A stretch of DNA of 64,000 nt from a virus, in the IMG/VR virus record IMGVR_UViG_3300045988_172855. The stretch is one strand, 5' to 3'. A program made the position numbers and the translations under genes. Positions 9,461 to 19,400 of the stretch are shown here, one piece after another; the stretch's first letter is position 1, and each line of letters opens with the position of its first letter. The notes beneath the pieces were generated by a model, which saw only the letters and a list, made by a program, of their open reading frames with translations, was not told where the DNA came from and searched no databases.

Positions 9461-11463
9461 TCTTCTAGTCTACTTATTCCGTTTTCTTTTATAATTCGAA
9501 TTTGACTTATCTCTTCATTAATTTTAGGTACATGCGTAACAATTATAGACGATTGTTTCAAAAATTTAATTGAAGAGATGATGTTTTCAATTCCCAACGA
9601 GTCAGCACTCTCAAGTATTTCGTCAACTAACAAAAATTGCATTCCACCATATTGCTTCGTCGCATTGATCATTTGTTGGATTGCTAATATTAATGCAATT
9701 TCTGTTCTCGCCTGTTCTCCTCCTGAGTAATAGAAAAAAGACTCCATCTCATCGCGAAATACATAAGGAGTTATTTCTTCTTTAACTTTTCCTTTTGCAT
9801 CAACTTTAAAACCTTCAATCATTAATCTAAGATCACTTCCCATTGATTTAAGTATCTCGTTAGCACGAGATTGGATATTTTTTAATTGCTCCATAGCGAG
9901 ATACATTTTAAAATCTTTAAATCGTTGTGTCCACCTTTGAATTTTAAAGATTTCATCATTTTTGTTTGTAATCTTCTTACATTGATCATCAATAAGATGT
10001 TCGGTTTCTTTGATGGTGTTTTCAATCTCATCAGTACTTTTCTTTACCACCTTAGTGTTTTTCAGATCCTTAATGTAAGCTAATTTCAAAGAAATTAAAT
10101 TCTCACCATTTTCAATCTCATTTTGCAGTGTCTTTACAAGATTTTCTTTTGATTTTATCTGTTGATCTAAACCTCCTATATTGTGTTCGAGTTCAAGGAT
10201 CTTCTTTTTCAAACTTCTCTGTTGATTTGCAACTTCATCAAACTCTTTATCAGTCTGAGATTTCAAAGACATATATTCATCTAAAACGGAATCAAGCTCT
10301 TCAATTGATTTTTCTGCAATCTTCTTTTCTTCAGACTCTTTATTTAACTCAATTTCAGCAGCTTCCTTTTGTTTTTTAATCTCTTGAACCGTTTTATCTG
10401 TTTTAAGAAAAAACTCGTGTTGACAATTAGGGCAAACTATAATTCCCGAAAGTAAAACTTCTATTTTATTAAGAGTTCTCTTAATGTCAACAATTCTATT
10501 TTGAATAACATTTAGAGAGTTCTCTTTAGTCCGCTTTTCTTGTCTACACACATCTACATCTTCGTCAATTTCTTTGTAAATTGTATCAAAATTAGAAGTA
10601 TCTATGTTCGAGAGTTCCTCTGAAACCTTTGTACGTAATTTTTCCAATTCACTTAAAGAATGCTTTAAACCTAAAGCAGATTGTTGCTCTTTTGAAATAC
10701 GAAGTTCGTTTGATTCAATAGCCTTTTTAACATCTTCAATGTAATCTTCAGCTTTTTTGATTTCTTGAAGCTGCTCCTCTTCAGGATTACTATCAAGAAT
10801 TTCTTGAAGCTGTTCCTGATATACCGAAAGTTTCCCTTCATAAGACGCTTTTGATCGATCCAATGCCTGTTTTTCTTCGTTTAAAACCAAAACCTTATCA
10901 TCTATAATGGATTTTGTTTTATCTAACATAGAGAAGTTTATAAACCGACTTATTAAAGCTAACTTTTCTGTGTTAGATGATCTAAAAAACGAATTATAAT
11001 TACCTTTTGAGACAATATAATATGACTTTGCATCTTCGGCCGAAATTTCAACCCAATTAGCAATATATCTATTACCATCGAGAACTGTTGCAAATTGAAC
11101 TTTCTCGATCTCAATCTCATCACCGTCATGGATCAAATATATTGCTAACACAGAAGATCCTTTTGCTCTTAGCTCTCTTTCGATTTTTAGAGTTTGTCTG
11201 CGAATTGGACAATAAATAAACACGCAGATATATGCCGTATCAAATCCCTTGCGTATTAACTTCTTATCTTGTTTATCACGAAGATTTACTCCATAAATTC
11301 CGTAAAATAATCCTTGTTCTAAGAACGATTTACCTGATCCATTTGACAACTGATCGTCTTGAGTACGATTTTCACCAATGACAGCGATCGCCTCTTGTTG
11401 AAAATCGTACTCAATAGATTCAAATGGACCGAAATTTTTCAATACTATTCTTGTTGGGTACAT
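9457..11463 (-). CDS. sbcC: SbcC/Rad50-like SMC-family ATPase
   Basis: Walker A NGSGKSF, long coiled coils flanking a CPNC zinc hook, signature YSGGEQ, Walker B FLLVDE. Adjacent to the SbcD-like nuclease locus. Confidence 0.8.
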   Translation of the reverse strand: MYPTRIVLKNFGPFESIEYDFQQEAIAVIGENRTQDDQLSNGSGKSFLEQGLFYGIYGVNLRDKQDKKLIRKGFDTAYICVFIYCPIRRQTLKIERELRAKGSSVLAIYLIHDGDEIEIEKVQFATVLDGNRYIANWVEISAEDAKSYYIVSKGNYNSFFRSSNTEKLALISRFINFSMLDKTKSIIDDKVLVLNEEKQALDRSKASYEGKLSVYQEQLQEILDSNPEEEQLQEIKKAEDYIEDVKKAIESNELRISKEQQSALGLKHSLSELEKLRTKVSEELSNIDTSNFDTIYKEIDEDVDVCRQEKRTKENSLNVIQNRIVDIKRTLNKIEVLLSGIIVCPNCQHEFFLKTDKTVQEIKKQKEAAEIELNKESEEKKIAEKSIEELDSVLDEYMSLKSQTDKEFDEVANQQRSLKKKILELEHNIGGLDQQIKSKENLVKTLQNEIENGENLISLKLAYIKDLKNTKVVKKSTDEIENTIKETEHLIDDQCKKITNKNDEIFKIQRWTQRFKDFKMYLAMEQLKNIQSRANEILKSMGSDLRLMIEGFKVDAKGKVKEEITPYVFRDEMESFFYYSGGEQARTEIALILAIQQMINATKQYGGMQFLLVDEILESADSLGIENIISSIKFLKQSSIIVTHVPKINEEISQIRIIKENGISRLEE

Positions 11464-12431
11464 AACTCTTTCTTTACGGTTTCATATATTTCATTAAATA
11501 ACTCTTGATCCTCAATAAGCGATTCGCGAACAGAATCCATACCTTGACCTAATTTATAATCGTCTCCATAATAAAACCACGAACCTCTTTTTTGACAGAT
11601 ACCTAATTTTACAGCTAACTCAACTGCTTCTTGAATTGTATCGAATCCTATTCCGAAACGCAACATCACTTCACAGTTTCTAAATGGAGGAGCTATTTTA
11701 TTTTTAACAACTTTGATTTTTGTTTTATTTGCAACAGCAATGTCACCATCTTTATCCGTTCCGATTCGAGCAAATTCAACTCTTTGCGTTGAATAGAATT
11801 TCAATGCCTTGCCTCCAGGTGTCATTGTTGTTGCTCCTCCAAAACCAAAACCTCCACCAACCTTATCTCTTAATTGGTTAATACAGAATAGTATATTATT
11901 GTTCTTTTTACATACATTTTTCAAGATACTTAATTGAGCTGACAATAGTCGAGCAACAAGTGCTACCTTTGCATCACCACTTTCTCCTTGTAGAGTTGCT
12001 TGTGGTACAAGACCTGCAACAGAATCAAGAACAACTAAACCTATTTCAGGACACATTAACATTTCGCGAATAATTTCCATCGCTTCTTCTGCTGAGTTTG
12101 GCTGCGATAAAATCCAATTATCATTAGAAATATCTACACCAAGTTTTCTCGCATAATCCAAATCTAATGCCTGTTCAACATCAACATATCCTACAGCTTT
12201 CTTCTGTGTTTTTTGTACAGATGCACAAAGATGTAATGCACACGTACTCTTTCCACTACTTTCATTCCCAAAACACTCATGAATTCGGCCTAAAGCCCAT
12301 CCTCCACCAAGAACATTATCTAACGCTAGAGATCCTGACGATACAGTCTCGACTTCTACATTAGTTCCCACAATCGCTTCTTTTCCAAATCTCTTTTCAA
12401 TTCTACCGAATAAATCGTCCAATCTACCCAT
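11445..12431 (-). CDS. recA: RecA-family recombinase
   Basis: SSGSLALDNVLGGGWALGRIHECFGNESSGKSTCALH (Walker A), VVLDSVAGLVP (Walker B) and loop L2-like GG..LKFY. 328 aa. Confidence 0.85.
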   Translation of the reverse strand: MGRLDDLFGRIEKRFGKEAIVGTNVEVETVSSGSLALDNVLGGGWALGRIHECFGNESSGKSTCALHLCASVQKTQKKAVGYVDVEQALDLDYARKLGVDISNDNWILSQPNSAEEAMEIIREMLMCPEIGLVVLDSVAGLVPQATLQGESGDAKVALVARLLSAQLSILKNVCKKNNNILFCINQLRDKVGGGFGFGGATTMTPGGKALKFYSTQRVEFARIGTDKDGDIAVANKTKIKVVKNKIAPPFRNCEVMLRFGIGFDTIQEAVELAVKLGICQKRGSWFYYGDDYKLGQGMDSVRESLIEDQELFNEIYETVKKELCTQQE

Positions 12432-13465
12432 TATAATACTTGCTTTAAAATGTTATAACCTTCTTCGTAATTGTAATCGTTTTCTTTGCACCAATCTTTA
12501 AATTTAACAGCAATATCACTATTAGAGAGAGCTTTCACTTCTTCAGCAACTTCAATTTCTGCAACTTCAAGTTCCTTTGCCTTCAATTTAACATCAATAC
12601 CAAGTTCTTGATAAACCTTCTTATCGATTGATTTTAATTGATCTTGACTACCAACTATTTCGACACGAACATAATCATCGGGATTATTTTCTTTCAGTGC
12701 TTTAATAACCTTATCTACTTGTTTGAAAGTCATTTCATCTAAGTTCACGACCTCCTTTTTATATCTCTTACCATCAGAAGGTATTAAATTATACGAAAGA
12801 TCTTCGTATAATATCCAAAATCCCTTTCTGTCATCCTCACCAAAATTATTTTGAGTAATAGATCCCAAATGGATAACGTTTTTAGTCAACTCTTGATGAT
12901 CATGATAATGACCAAGAAATACTTTACCCCAATCTTTAAATAGAGAAGGTTTAATTTCACTTTCCACTTTAGAACCATCGTTGTTTCTACTACCTTGCAT
13001 TGCAATATGAGAAAACAGTACACTATGACCTGGCCTTTCAATTGATTGATTAGAGATTTCATCTAACCATATTTCGTTATCAAAAAACGGTAAAAAATAA
13101 CAGTGTACACCATTTACTTCACGAAAATCAAACATATCGATAAGATCAAAATTCGGATGATATTTATATACATCGAGAAAAGATTTTTCGCTATCGTAAC
13201 TTGTTTTATCGTGATTACCTGGAATACAGATTATTTTTTGTCCTTCTTCTTCATACATCTCAATTATTTCAGTCAAAGCATCGAGCGTTTCTTGTCTTTG
13301 ACTAATACGCGAATCAAATATATCGCCGAGCCATATATGAGTATCGATACCCATATCTTTAGCTATCCATATCTCTTGACGAGTCAATTCTTTAATGTCT
13401 TCAAGGTTAGAAGGTTTAAGATGCCAATCGGTACTCATTACCGCTATAGGTTTTATTTCTGCCAT
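12431..13465 (-). CDS. sbcD: SbcD/Mre11-like nuclease
   Basis: Calcineurin-like phosphoesterase motifs STDWH, GDIFD, PGNHD, SHIA and GHYH in order. Confidence 0.8.
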   Translation of the reverse strand: MAEIKPIAVMSTDWHLKPSNLEDIKELTRQEIWIAKDMGIDTHIWLGDIFDSRISQRQETLDALTEIIEMYEEEGQKIICIPGNHDKTSYDSEKSFLDVYKYHPNFDLIDMFDFREVNGVHCYFLPFFDNEIWLDEISNQSIERPGHSVLFSHIAMQGSRNNDGSKVESEIKPSLFKDWGKVFLGHYHDHQELTKNVIHLGSITQNNFGEDDRKGFWILYEDLSYNLIPSDGKRYKKEVVNLDEMTFKQVDKVIKALKENNPDDYVRVEIVGSQDQLKSIDKKVYQELGIDVKLKAKELEVAEIEVAEEVKALSNSDIAVKFKDWCKENDYNYEEGYNILKQVL

Positions 13466-14085
13466 AAATTATAAGTTAAAGTTGCTCCTACAAATAAATC
13501 GATTTTTTTAGAAAACATTCCGTAACCAACACCAATAGAAGGTCCAATAGAAAATCTAGGTTTTTTCTGTCTTTCGTTCCAGGTAATTACGTTTTCAATC
13601 TTTCCAGGAAGGTACGAATTTATTTCCAAACGATTATTATCACCAACTTGTTGACGGGTTATAGTAAATTCATTTGTAAGATTAAATATAAGTTTATATT
13701 TCCACAAATGAGAAGACCATATTTTAAGATCATATCCTATTGTATCGGTTTGAATGTTAAAATGATAGAGAGAGTCTTTTTCAATTTGTTTGTCAATAAC
13801 TTCTTCCTTACCTTCGTATTTATATTTATATTCAAATCGAATCGCTTCAACCAAAGCCTCCTTATCTTTCAGTTGCTTATAAAGCTCCTCATTCTTCTTT
13901 TTCAATTCAGAAAATTTAGACGAAGGATATAATTTGGTATATCGATTCAAAGAATCTGTATAAAATTCAATCTCATTTTGCAATGCTTTAATATCTCGAT
14001 CCTTTTTGTTCGATCTGATATTAAAAAACAACAAACCAACGAATAATCCGACTATCAAAATAATAAAAATCCACTTATCTTTCAT
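13453..14085 (-). CDS. membrane-anchored hypothetical protein
   Basis: ATG at 14083-14085 (the track start 14133 is GTG and overlaps a terminator hairpin). N-terminal hydrophobic helix WIFIILIVGLFVGLLFF. Confidence 0.5.
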   Translation of the reverse strand: MKDKWIFIILIVGLFVGLLFFNIRSNKKDRDIKALQNEIEFYTDSLNRYTKLYPSSKFSELKKKNEELYKQLKDKEALVEAIRFEYKYKYEGKEEVIDKQIEKDSLYHFNIQTDTIGYDLKIWSSHLWKYKLIFNLTNEFTITRQQVGDNNRLEINSYLPGKIENVITWNERQKKPRFSIGPSIGVGYGMFSKKIDLFVGATLTYNLWQK

Positions 14086-14100
14086 ATAAATCGAATTTAT

Positions 14101-14120
14101 GGGGAAGAAATTTCTTCCCC
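14101..14120 (-). terminator. intrinsic terminator hairpin after the SSB-candidate gene
   Basis: Perfect palindrome ggggaagaaatttcttcccc lies 10 nt downstream of the stop at 14130 (minus sense), followed by an A/T-rich tract. Confidence 0.5.
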
Positions 14121-14129
14121 ATGATTTTA

Positions 14130-15503
14130 TCACTTCTTACCTCTCTCAGCACGCAATCTTGCTAATTTATCTTTAACAGATTCAGAAACAGCTCTAGATG
14201 CCTTTGTTGCTGCTTTTTCTACAGGCGACTCATCTGCAGCGGCGGCTTCTTGTGAATCACCCTCATCAAAAGGGAGGTCTTCAACAACTTTTTCTTTATA
14301 GTCGTCAAACGGAAGCATCATCCCTTGTTTCATCAAATCGTACCACTTACGCATTTCTACGATAGGTAGATCAGGTAATACTTCAGTTCCTTCGTATTCT
14401 GTTTCGATATATTGTTTCAATTCCGCCTTCATTTTGATCAATGGAGGATAACCTGAAGTTGTTGATTTTGAAGCTGTTTGTGTTGGCTTTGCAGAAGGTT
14501 CGCGTTTGACAGAAACTCTAACTTCGTCCTCTTGCTCATCTTCTTCATCATCATTAGAAGAAACTGTAGTTTTCTTAACGTCTTCAACTTCCGGAACAAG
14601 TGCTTCCAATTGTTCCAAACGATCTAAAAATTCATCGTTTTCAAAAACATCAAAACCATACTTTTCATCAATTCTTTTAAGACCTTCAAGCTGCATATCC
14701 CAATCCTTGCGCGAAAAGACGTCTACATATTGATCTTCTAATGAAGGTAATTGATCTAATACTTCAAGAACTGAATCAGGCACTCTATTAGATTCGAAAA
14801 ACTCATCCCAAGTCTCACCTACTTCAGGCAAACCACAAGAAAGATCGTAAACATTTTTCTTCTTTTCATCCTTGTAATAGTTGATAATCAACGGATACCC
14901 TGTTTCGTGATCAGAAAATACGTCCAAACTCACTGCCTTCTTTGATCTCTCAATAGAGATTGACTTCATAGCCTTCCACCATTGAGGACGAATATCCATG
15001 CGGTGAATTTCCTTGTCATATAAAACATAAGCTACGTAATTCAATGTAGGAGCTATTCCCCATACCCATTCACCGTTTGTTTTACGAAATCCAGTAATAG
15101 GAGCTCTAAATTTCTTACGCTCATCAGAATCCTGAATTTCTGCAGCCATTTTATCTATATATTCAATATATATCGCAACAGCATCTTGACCTTGCATTCG
15201 ATCACTGTGTACATCTGATGTAAAGACGTCTTTCATTCGAATCTCTTTTTTACCAGTATCTTTACCATCTTTGTCAAAAACAGTACACTCGATAGGTAAT
15301 TTTGCACACTTGCGAGGAATATACGGTCTTTGAGTTTCAGAAGGTAAAATTCGAATCTCATAACGACCTTCTTTTGCAAGGGATAAAAAACTTGCTCGAC
15401 CGCCTTGTTTGCCGAACTGACTCATTGTTTCTTGAGCTTTATTCAAGTTTTCATCTACTTCTTCAATGTTAGCTTTTTTAAATTTCGAACGATCAAATGC
15501 CAT
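14130..15503 (-). CDS. candidate ssDNA-binding protein (gp32-like N-terminal motif, acidic C-terminal tail)
   Basis: GRYEIRILPS resembles the T4 gp32 AVIRFLPS strand. The Asp/Glu-rich tail (SSNDDEEDEQEDE, DLPFDEGDSQE) is typical of phage SSBs. It sits between the recombination and polymerase genes. Confidence 0.4.
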   Translation of the reverse strand: MAFDRSKFKKANIEEVDENLNKAQETMSQFGKQGGRASFLSLAKEGRYEIRILPSETQRPYIPRKCAKLPIECTVFDKDGKDTGKKEIRMKDVFTSDVHSDRMQGQDAVAIYIEYIDKMAAEIQDSDERKKFRAPITGFRKTNGEWVWGIAPTLNYVAYVLYDKEIHRMDIRPQWWKAMKSISIERSKKAVSLDVFSDHETGYPLIINYYKDEKKKNVYDLSCGLPEVGETWDEFFESNRVPDSVLEVLDQLPSLEDQYVDVFSRKDWDMQLEGLKRIDEKYGFDVFENDEFLDRLEQLEALVPEVEDVKKTTVSSNDDEEDEQEDEVRVSVKREPSAKPTQTASKSTTSGYPPLIKMKAELKQYIETEYEGTEVLPDLPIVEMRKWYDLMKQGMMLPFDDYKEKVVEDLPFDEGDSQEAAAADESPVEKAATKASRAVSESVKDKLARLRAERGKK

Positions 15504-15507
15504 AATT

Positions 15508-15795
15508 TTAATTTTTTAATTTGTTAATAATTTTATTTACTACTTCGTTACTGATTTCTTTATACTGATTAATATACTCTTGAAATGTTTTAAAATCTTC
15601 CTCTTTTTCAAAAATTTCAAAGTCTGCAATCTTTTTAGAAAGATGTTCAAGCGAAAGACCATAAGCAATTGCAGTTTCAACTCTCACATTCTCCTTTCCT
15701 CCTCGATTACCGTAAGAGACTTTAATCAAATCCCAATTAAAGGGTGCATGTAAACATTGTTCTATGAAAAATGTTTCAGTTAATTTTATCCTCAT
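15508..15795 (-). CDS. hypothetical protein
   Basis: ORF with an ATG start that overlaps the upstream stop by 4 nt. Confidence 0.5.
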   Translation of the reverse strand: MRIKLTETFFIEQCLHAPFNWDLIKVSYGNRGGKENVRVETAIAYGLSLEHLSKKIADFEIFEKEEDFKTFQEYINQYKEISNEVVNKIINKLKN

Positions 15796-16322
15796 TGTTT
15801 CGGTTTATGTATTATAAATGAATTAATTTTGCCTTCAACCAATTCTTGAAAAAATTCCTTTGGTACAACTTTAGGGAGTAAATTATTCAACTTTTGATCT
15901 TTACTTCTGATTGCCCAAAATAAAGAATCGAGTTTATCTCTCTTAGATTCAAGTTCAATCTGATCTAGTACCGCTTTTTGATACTCCTCATTCAAAAGAA
16001 TGATTTCATCAAGACCTTTTTCTGTCAACTTTACAGCTTCACCATCAACAGAAACTTGTCCGTGATTTTTCAGAGCTTCTCTACGATACTTTTTCTTTAA
16101 TTGAGATACAAAAACGTCACAATAAAGTTTAGCTTCTTTAGCTTTTCGCTCATACTCAGCTTTCCACATTCCAACCTTATTTAGCAAAGCTGAAATCGTT
16201 ACAGCTTCACCATATAAGTTTGAATAGTTAATCGTTGTTACTTCATCTAATTCAATATCTTCATCTGCATCAGGTGAATGTAAAACGATTGTTTTATCTC
16301 CTTCTTCTACTATGATATTCAT
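15792..16322 (-). CDS. hypothetical coiled-coil protein
   Basis: ORF with an ATG start and heptad-like charged sequence. No motif recognised. Confidence 0.5.
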   Translation of the reverse strand: MNIIVEEGDKTIVLHSPDADEDIELDEVTTINYSNLYGEAVTISALLNKVGMWKAEYERKAKEAKLYCDVFVSQLKKKYRREALKNHGQVSVDGEAVKLTEKGLDEIILLNEEYQKAVLDQIELESKRDKLDSLFWAIRSKDQKLNNLLPKVVPKEFFQELVEGKINSFIIHKPKQ

Positions 16323-16418
16323 ATCTATCTTTGTTTTATATAGGTAAAATTACTGTTTATTTTAGTTTAATCCAACAAACTTTTCTTGAATGAGTCATTG
16401 TTTGTTTTGAATTTTTCA

Positions 16419-19400
16419 TCAACTTAAAACAGTAAATGACGTATTCAAATTTGTTTGTAGAACATATTCTTGTCTCCACTTGTCAAATTGAATATATCCA
16501 TCTACCAATAGAAGATTGTTTTTACTTTCTCTCAAAAAGTCGGCATATTCAGCGAACAAATCAGGGAAAACAATTACATTTATAAATTCGTAATTACTTT
16601 CTAAAACTATTGTTGCGAACAATCCTTTCTTCGATTTACGCTCGATAATATCAATAACAAAACCTCCGATAATCGCACACTTAGAGCGATCGTTGCCATC
16701 CCAATATTTCAACTCACTTACATCAAAATATTCTGCATCTGAAAATGCATCGTCTGAATGATACTCCTCAATTAGACGTTTATAATCAAAAGACGCAAAT
16801 CCGGATAACTTCTTCTGTTGTAACGTCCACCACCAATCGTTTTTCTCCTTTCTTGCTTTTATAATGTTAGTTAAAAGATCCTTATCTTCAAGAATTTTTA
16901 CTCTCTTATTCTCACGATAAGACTCTATTAATCTCAATCGTTCGTGTGGTGCAGTGATGTTTTCAAGTTTATCGAACGCTCCACTATAAATGAGATTTTC
17001 AATAACTGACTTATTGACTGGCGAACCTTTTACAACACAACGATCAATAAATTCATCTAATGAGAAAAATTCACCATGTTTTTCTCGTTCATTGTGAATA
17101 AACTCTTGAGCTTTATCTCCACATTGCTTCACTGAATTCAAAGCCCAATACATACTACTTGTTTTGACATCAGAAACAATGTTTATATCACTTTTATTTA
17201 TATCAACAGATTTAATTGTAATATTACCTAACTTCTGAATTTCATTGATGTAAAACGGATAATCCTCAATCTTCGCATGTGAGAATGTTACAGACCAAAA
17301 CTCAATGGGATAATGAGCTTTCAGCCAAATGCAGTTATATCCATTTCTCGAGTACGCAATTGCATGACTAAAATTAAAAGCATACTTACCAAACTCCTCC
17401 ATCTGTTTCCAAAGATCTTGAGCATACTTTTCTTCAACTCCAAAACGCTCAACATAACCTTTTACAAATTTATCGCCAAAACTCTTTAATTTAGATGTAA
17501 TTTTTTTACCCATGCAATTATGAGCTAAAATTCCACCTACAAAAGCGTACGGGCTTCTATCAGATGTCATTGTAAAATCATAAACAGGAAGTTTACCAAC
17601 CCTATCGTAAGATTCTACTTTCAAAAAACAGAATTCTCTTTTTAAAATGTTTTCAAGATATTTACTTCTTCCACATCTTTTCAATATTTTTTCAGCTCTC
17701 CTATAAGTCAAGTCAAAAGGACGATTGATTCCGTAATTCAAAATATTCTTTCCTAACAACTCATTGCAATTATATCCGGAATGATCAATGAGATTTTTAA
17801 TAATAGGTTGCCAAATTTCAAAAGGTATTTTGTATTGACTATAAGAATCTAGATCAAAATCCTCTAACTTAAAATTAAATCGTTCTTTAATTTTTGTCGA
17901 ATATGGTTCGAGCATTGCTTTGATCTTCAAAGCGTCTTCAATAGAAGAAATTCCTATATCATAATATTTCTCAGGATATTCTGCAAAACTTCTTGAATTT
18001 GTTGTAGTTAAAACTCCAAGACAACTAAAAAGAATATTTATCTGATCAATCAATTCCTTTGATTTAGAAGAATAACCTATTAATAACCCTCCCTTTTTAG
18101 AAGCAACATAGCCATCAAAATCAATTAATTTCCCAAGAACAAATAATTGACATTCTTCATTTAAAGAAAAAATGTAGTCAGGTAACCTTTTTTCATCTGA
18201 TTTAACAAATTCAAGACCTAAATCTGTAACAACAGAGTCTTTTATCTTTAAGCTCGTACATCCTGTATATTGATTATAATATTCTTTAGGCTCTTCTCGA
18301 ACAAATTCTTTATAACATCTTTTAAATTCACTCAATTCTGACTCATCTTTATTAACAAAATTACACGAACCAATAGTTCCTATAGATCCTTCTGTCAATA
18401 AAGCTATCATTAAATAAAGTTCTTCTTTAGATTTAGATAGTGTTCCAAATCTTCTACTAAGATCTTTGTAAACATAGTGTCCTACACAATCCTTAGCTTC
18501 TAACCAACCAACTTCTGTTAATAATTTATGATCCGGAGTGCATGTAAAGTGATTGTCTCCTTGCATATTCAATTTAATACACTCCTTTTCTTTTTTATAA
18601 ACTCTTCTATAAACCTTATTCCATTTGAAACAACACTCTTTTTCATTATACGTAGTAACGGAAGTAAATGGTTTTATATTTTTAATTTTAACAGCTCCAT
18701 CAGGAGTCCAAAACAATTCTTCACCCCAAATACATTTTCTCACTGAATCTGTCGTTTCTAGGTCAAATCCTGCCAAATGCTGACATAATCTCATTATATC
18801 CTCCTGAGTAATCAATAATCCTAAATGTGGACGAAGAATATCTTCTGCTCCTATAGGATATTCGATTTCACTTTCACCTCTCTTTCTCAAGATATATTCA
18901 TTGTGATAATTATTTTCAATTGGACCAGGACGATATAATGCTGCACATAATCCCATTTCATCGAGACTGTGTGGTTTCATCTGTACACAATACGAAGAAA
19001 GTCCTTTTGCGCCAAAATGAAAAACGTCACCTAAATAACCTTTTTCAATGTACTCAAAAACAATTGGATCGTCTAAAGGAACGTCATTATAAAGATCTAA
19101 TTTGATACCACGATTTTTCTCAATCAATTTTAAAATATCAGCTAATTTATCAAGCTGAGCAATTCCTAAAATATCTTCTTTCAAAAAACCAGCTTCTTCA
19201 ATTTCTGCACCTTCCCATTCTGTCACTACCAGTCCATTAGACTCTCTAACTGGCACCCATTGTGCTGACGATTTCTCATCAGGATATACGACTGTACCAC
19301 ATGCGTGAATTGATGCTGATTTAGGAGAATTCAAACAAACCATAACGTCATTGATTAATTCTGTATGACTTTTAACAAACTCTCTTAACTCTGTATCACT

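Noticed and set aside
13103-13474. Plus-strand ORFs of 60-123 aa nested antisense in minus-strand genes. Examples: 348-572, 2808-3047, 6646-6918, 7736-8038, 13103-13474, 21516-21815, 35698-36045, 41782-42084 and 56061-56387.
   Set aside because: Each lies entirely inside a minus-strand gene with recognisable family motifs or tight operon packing. Their translations are low-complexity Phe/Ile/Leu/Ser-rich strings, as expected from the reverse strand of AT-rich coding DNA. None has a promoter-like box or gene-boundary logic.
13453-14085. Holin or lysis function for the single-pass membrane protein between sbcD and the SSB candidate.
   Set aside because: The only evidence is one N-terminal hydrophobic helix. 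No endolysin or spanin is nearby, and the location is within the recombination module. It is left as a hypothetical membrane protein.
16323-16418. tRNA or other small RNA genes in the larger intergenic gaps (16323-16418, 21878-21966, 25666-25763, 8146-8265).
   Set aside because: The gaps are 90-120 nt and very AT-rich. I could not find an acceptor-stem/T-arm pairing or a GTTC-type box in them. They are better explained by promoter-like boxes and weak hairpins.
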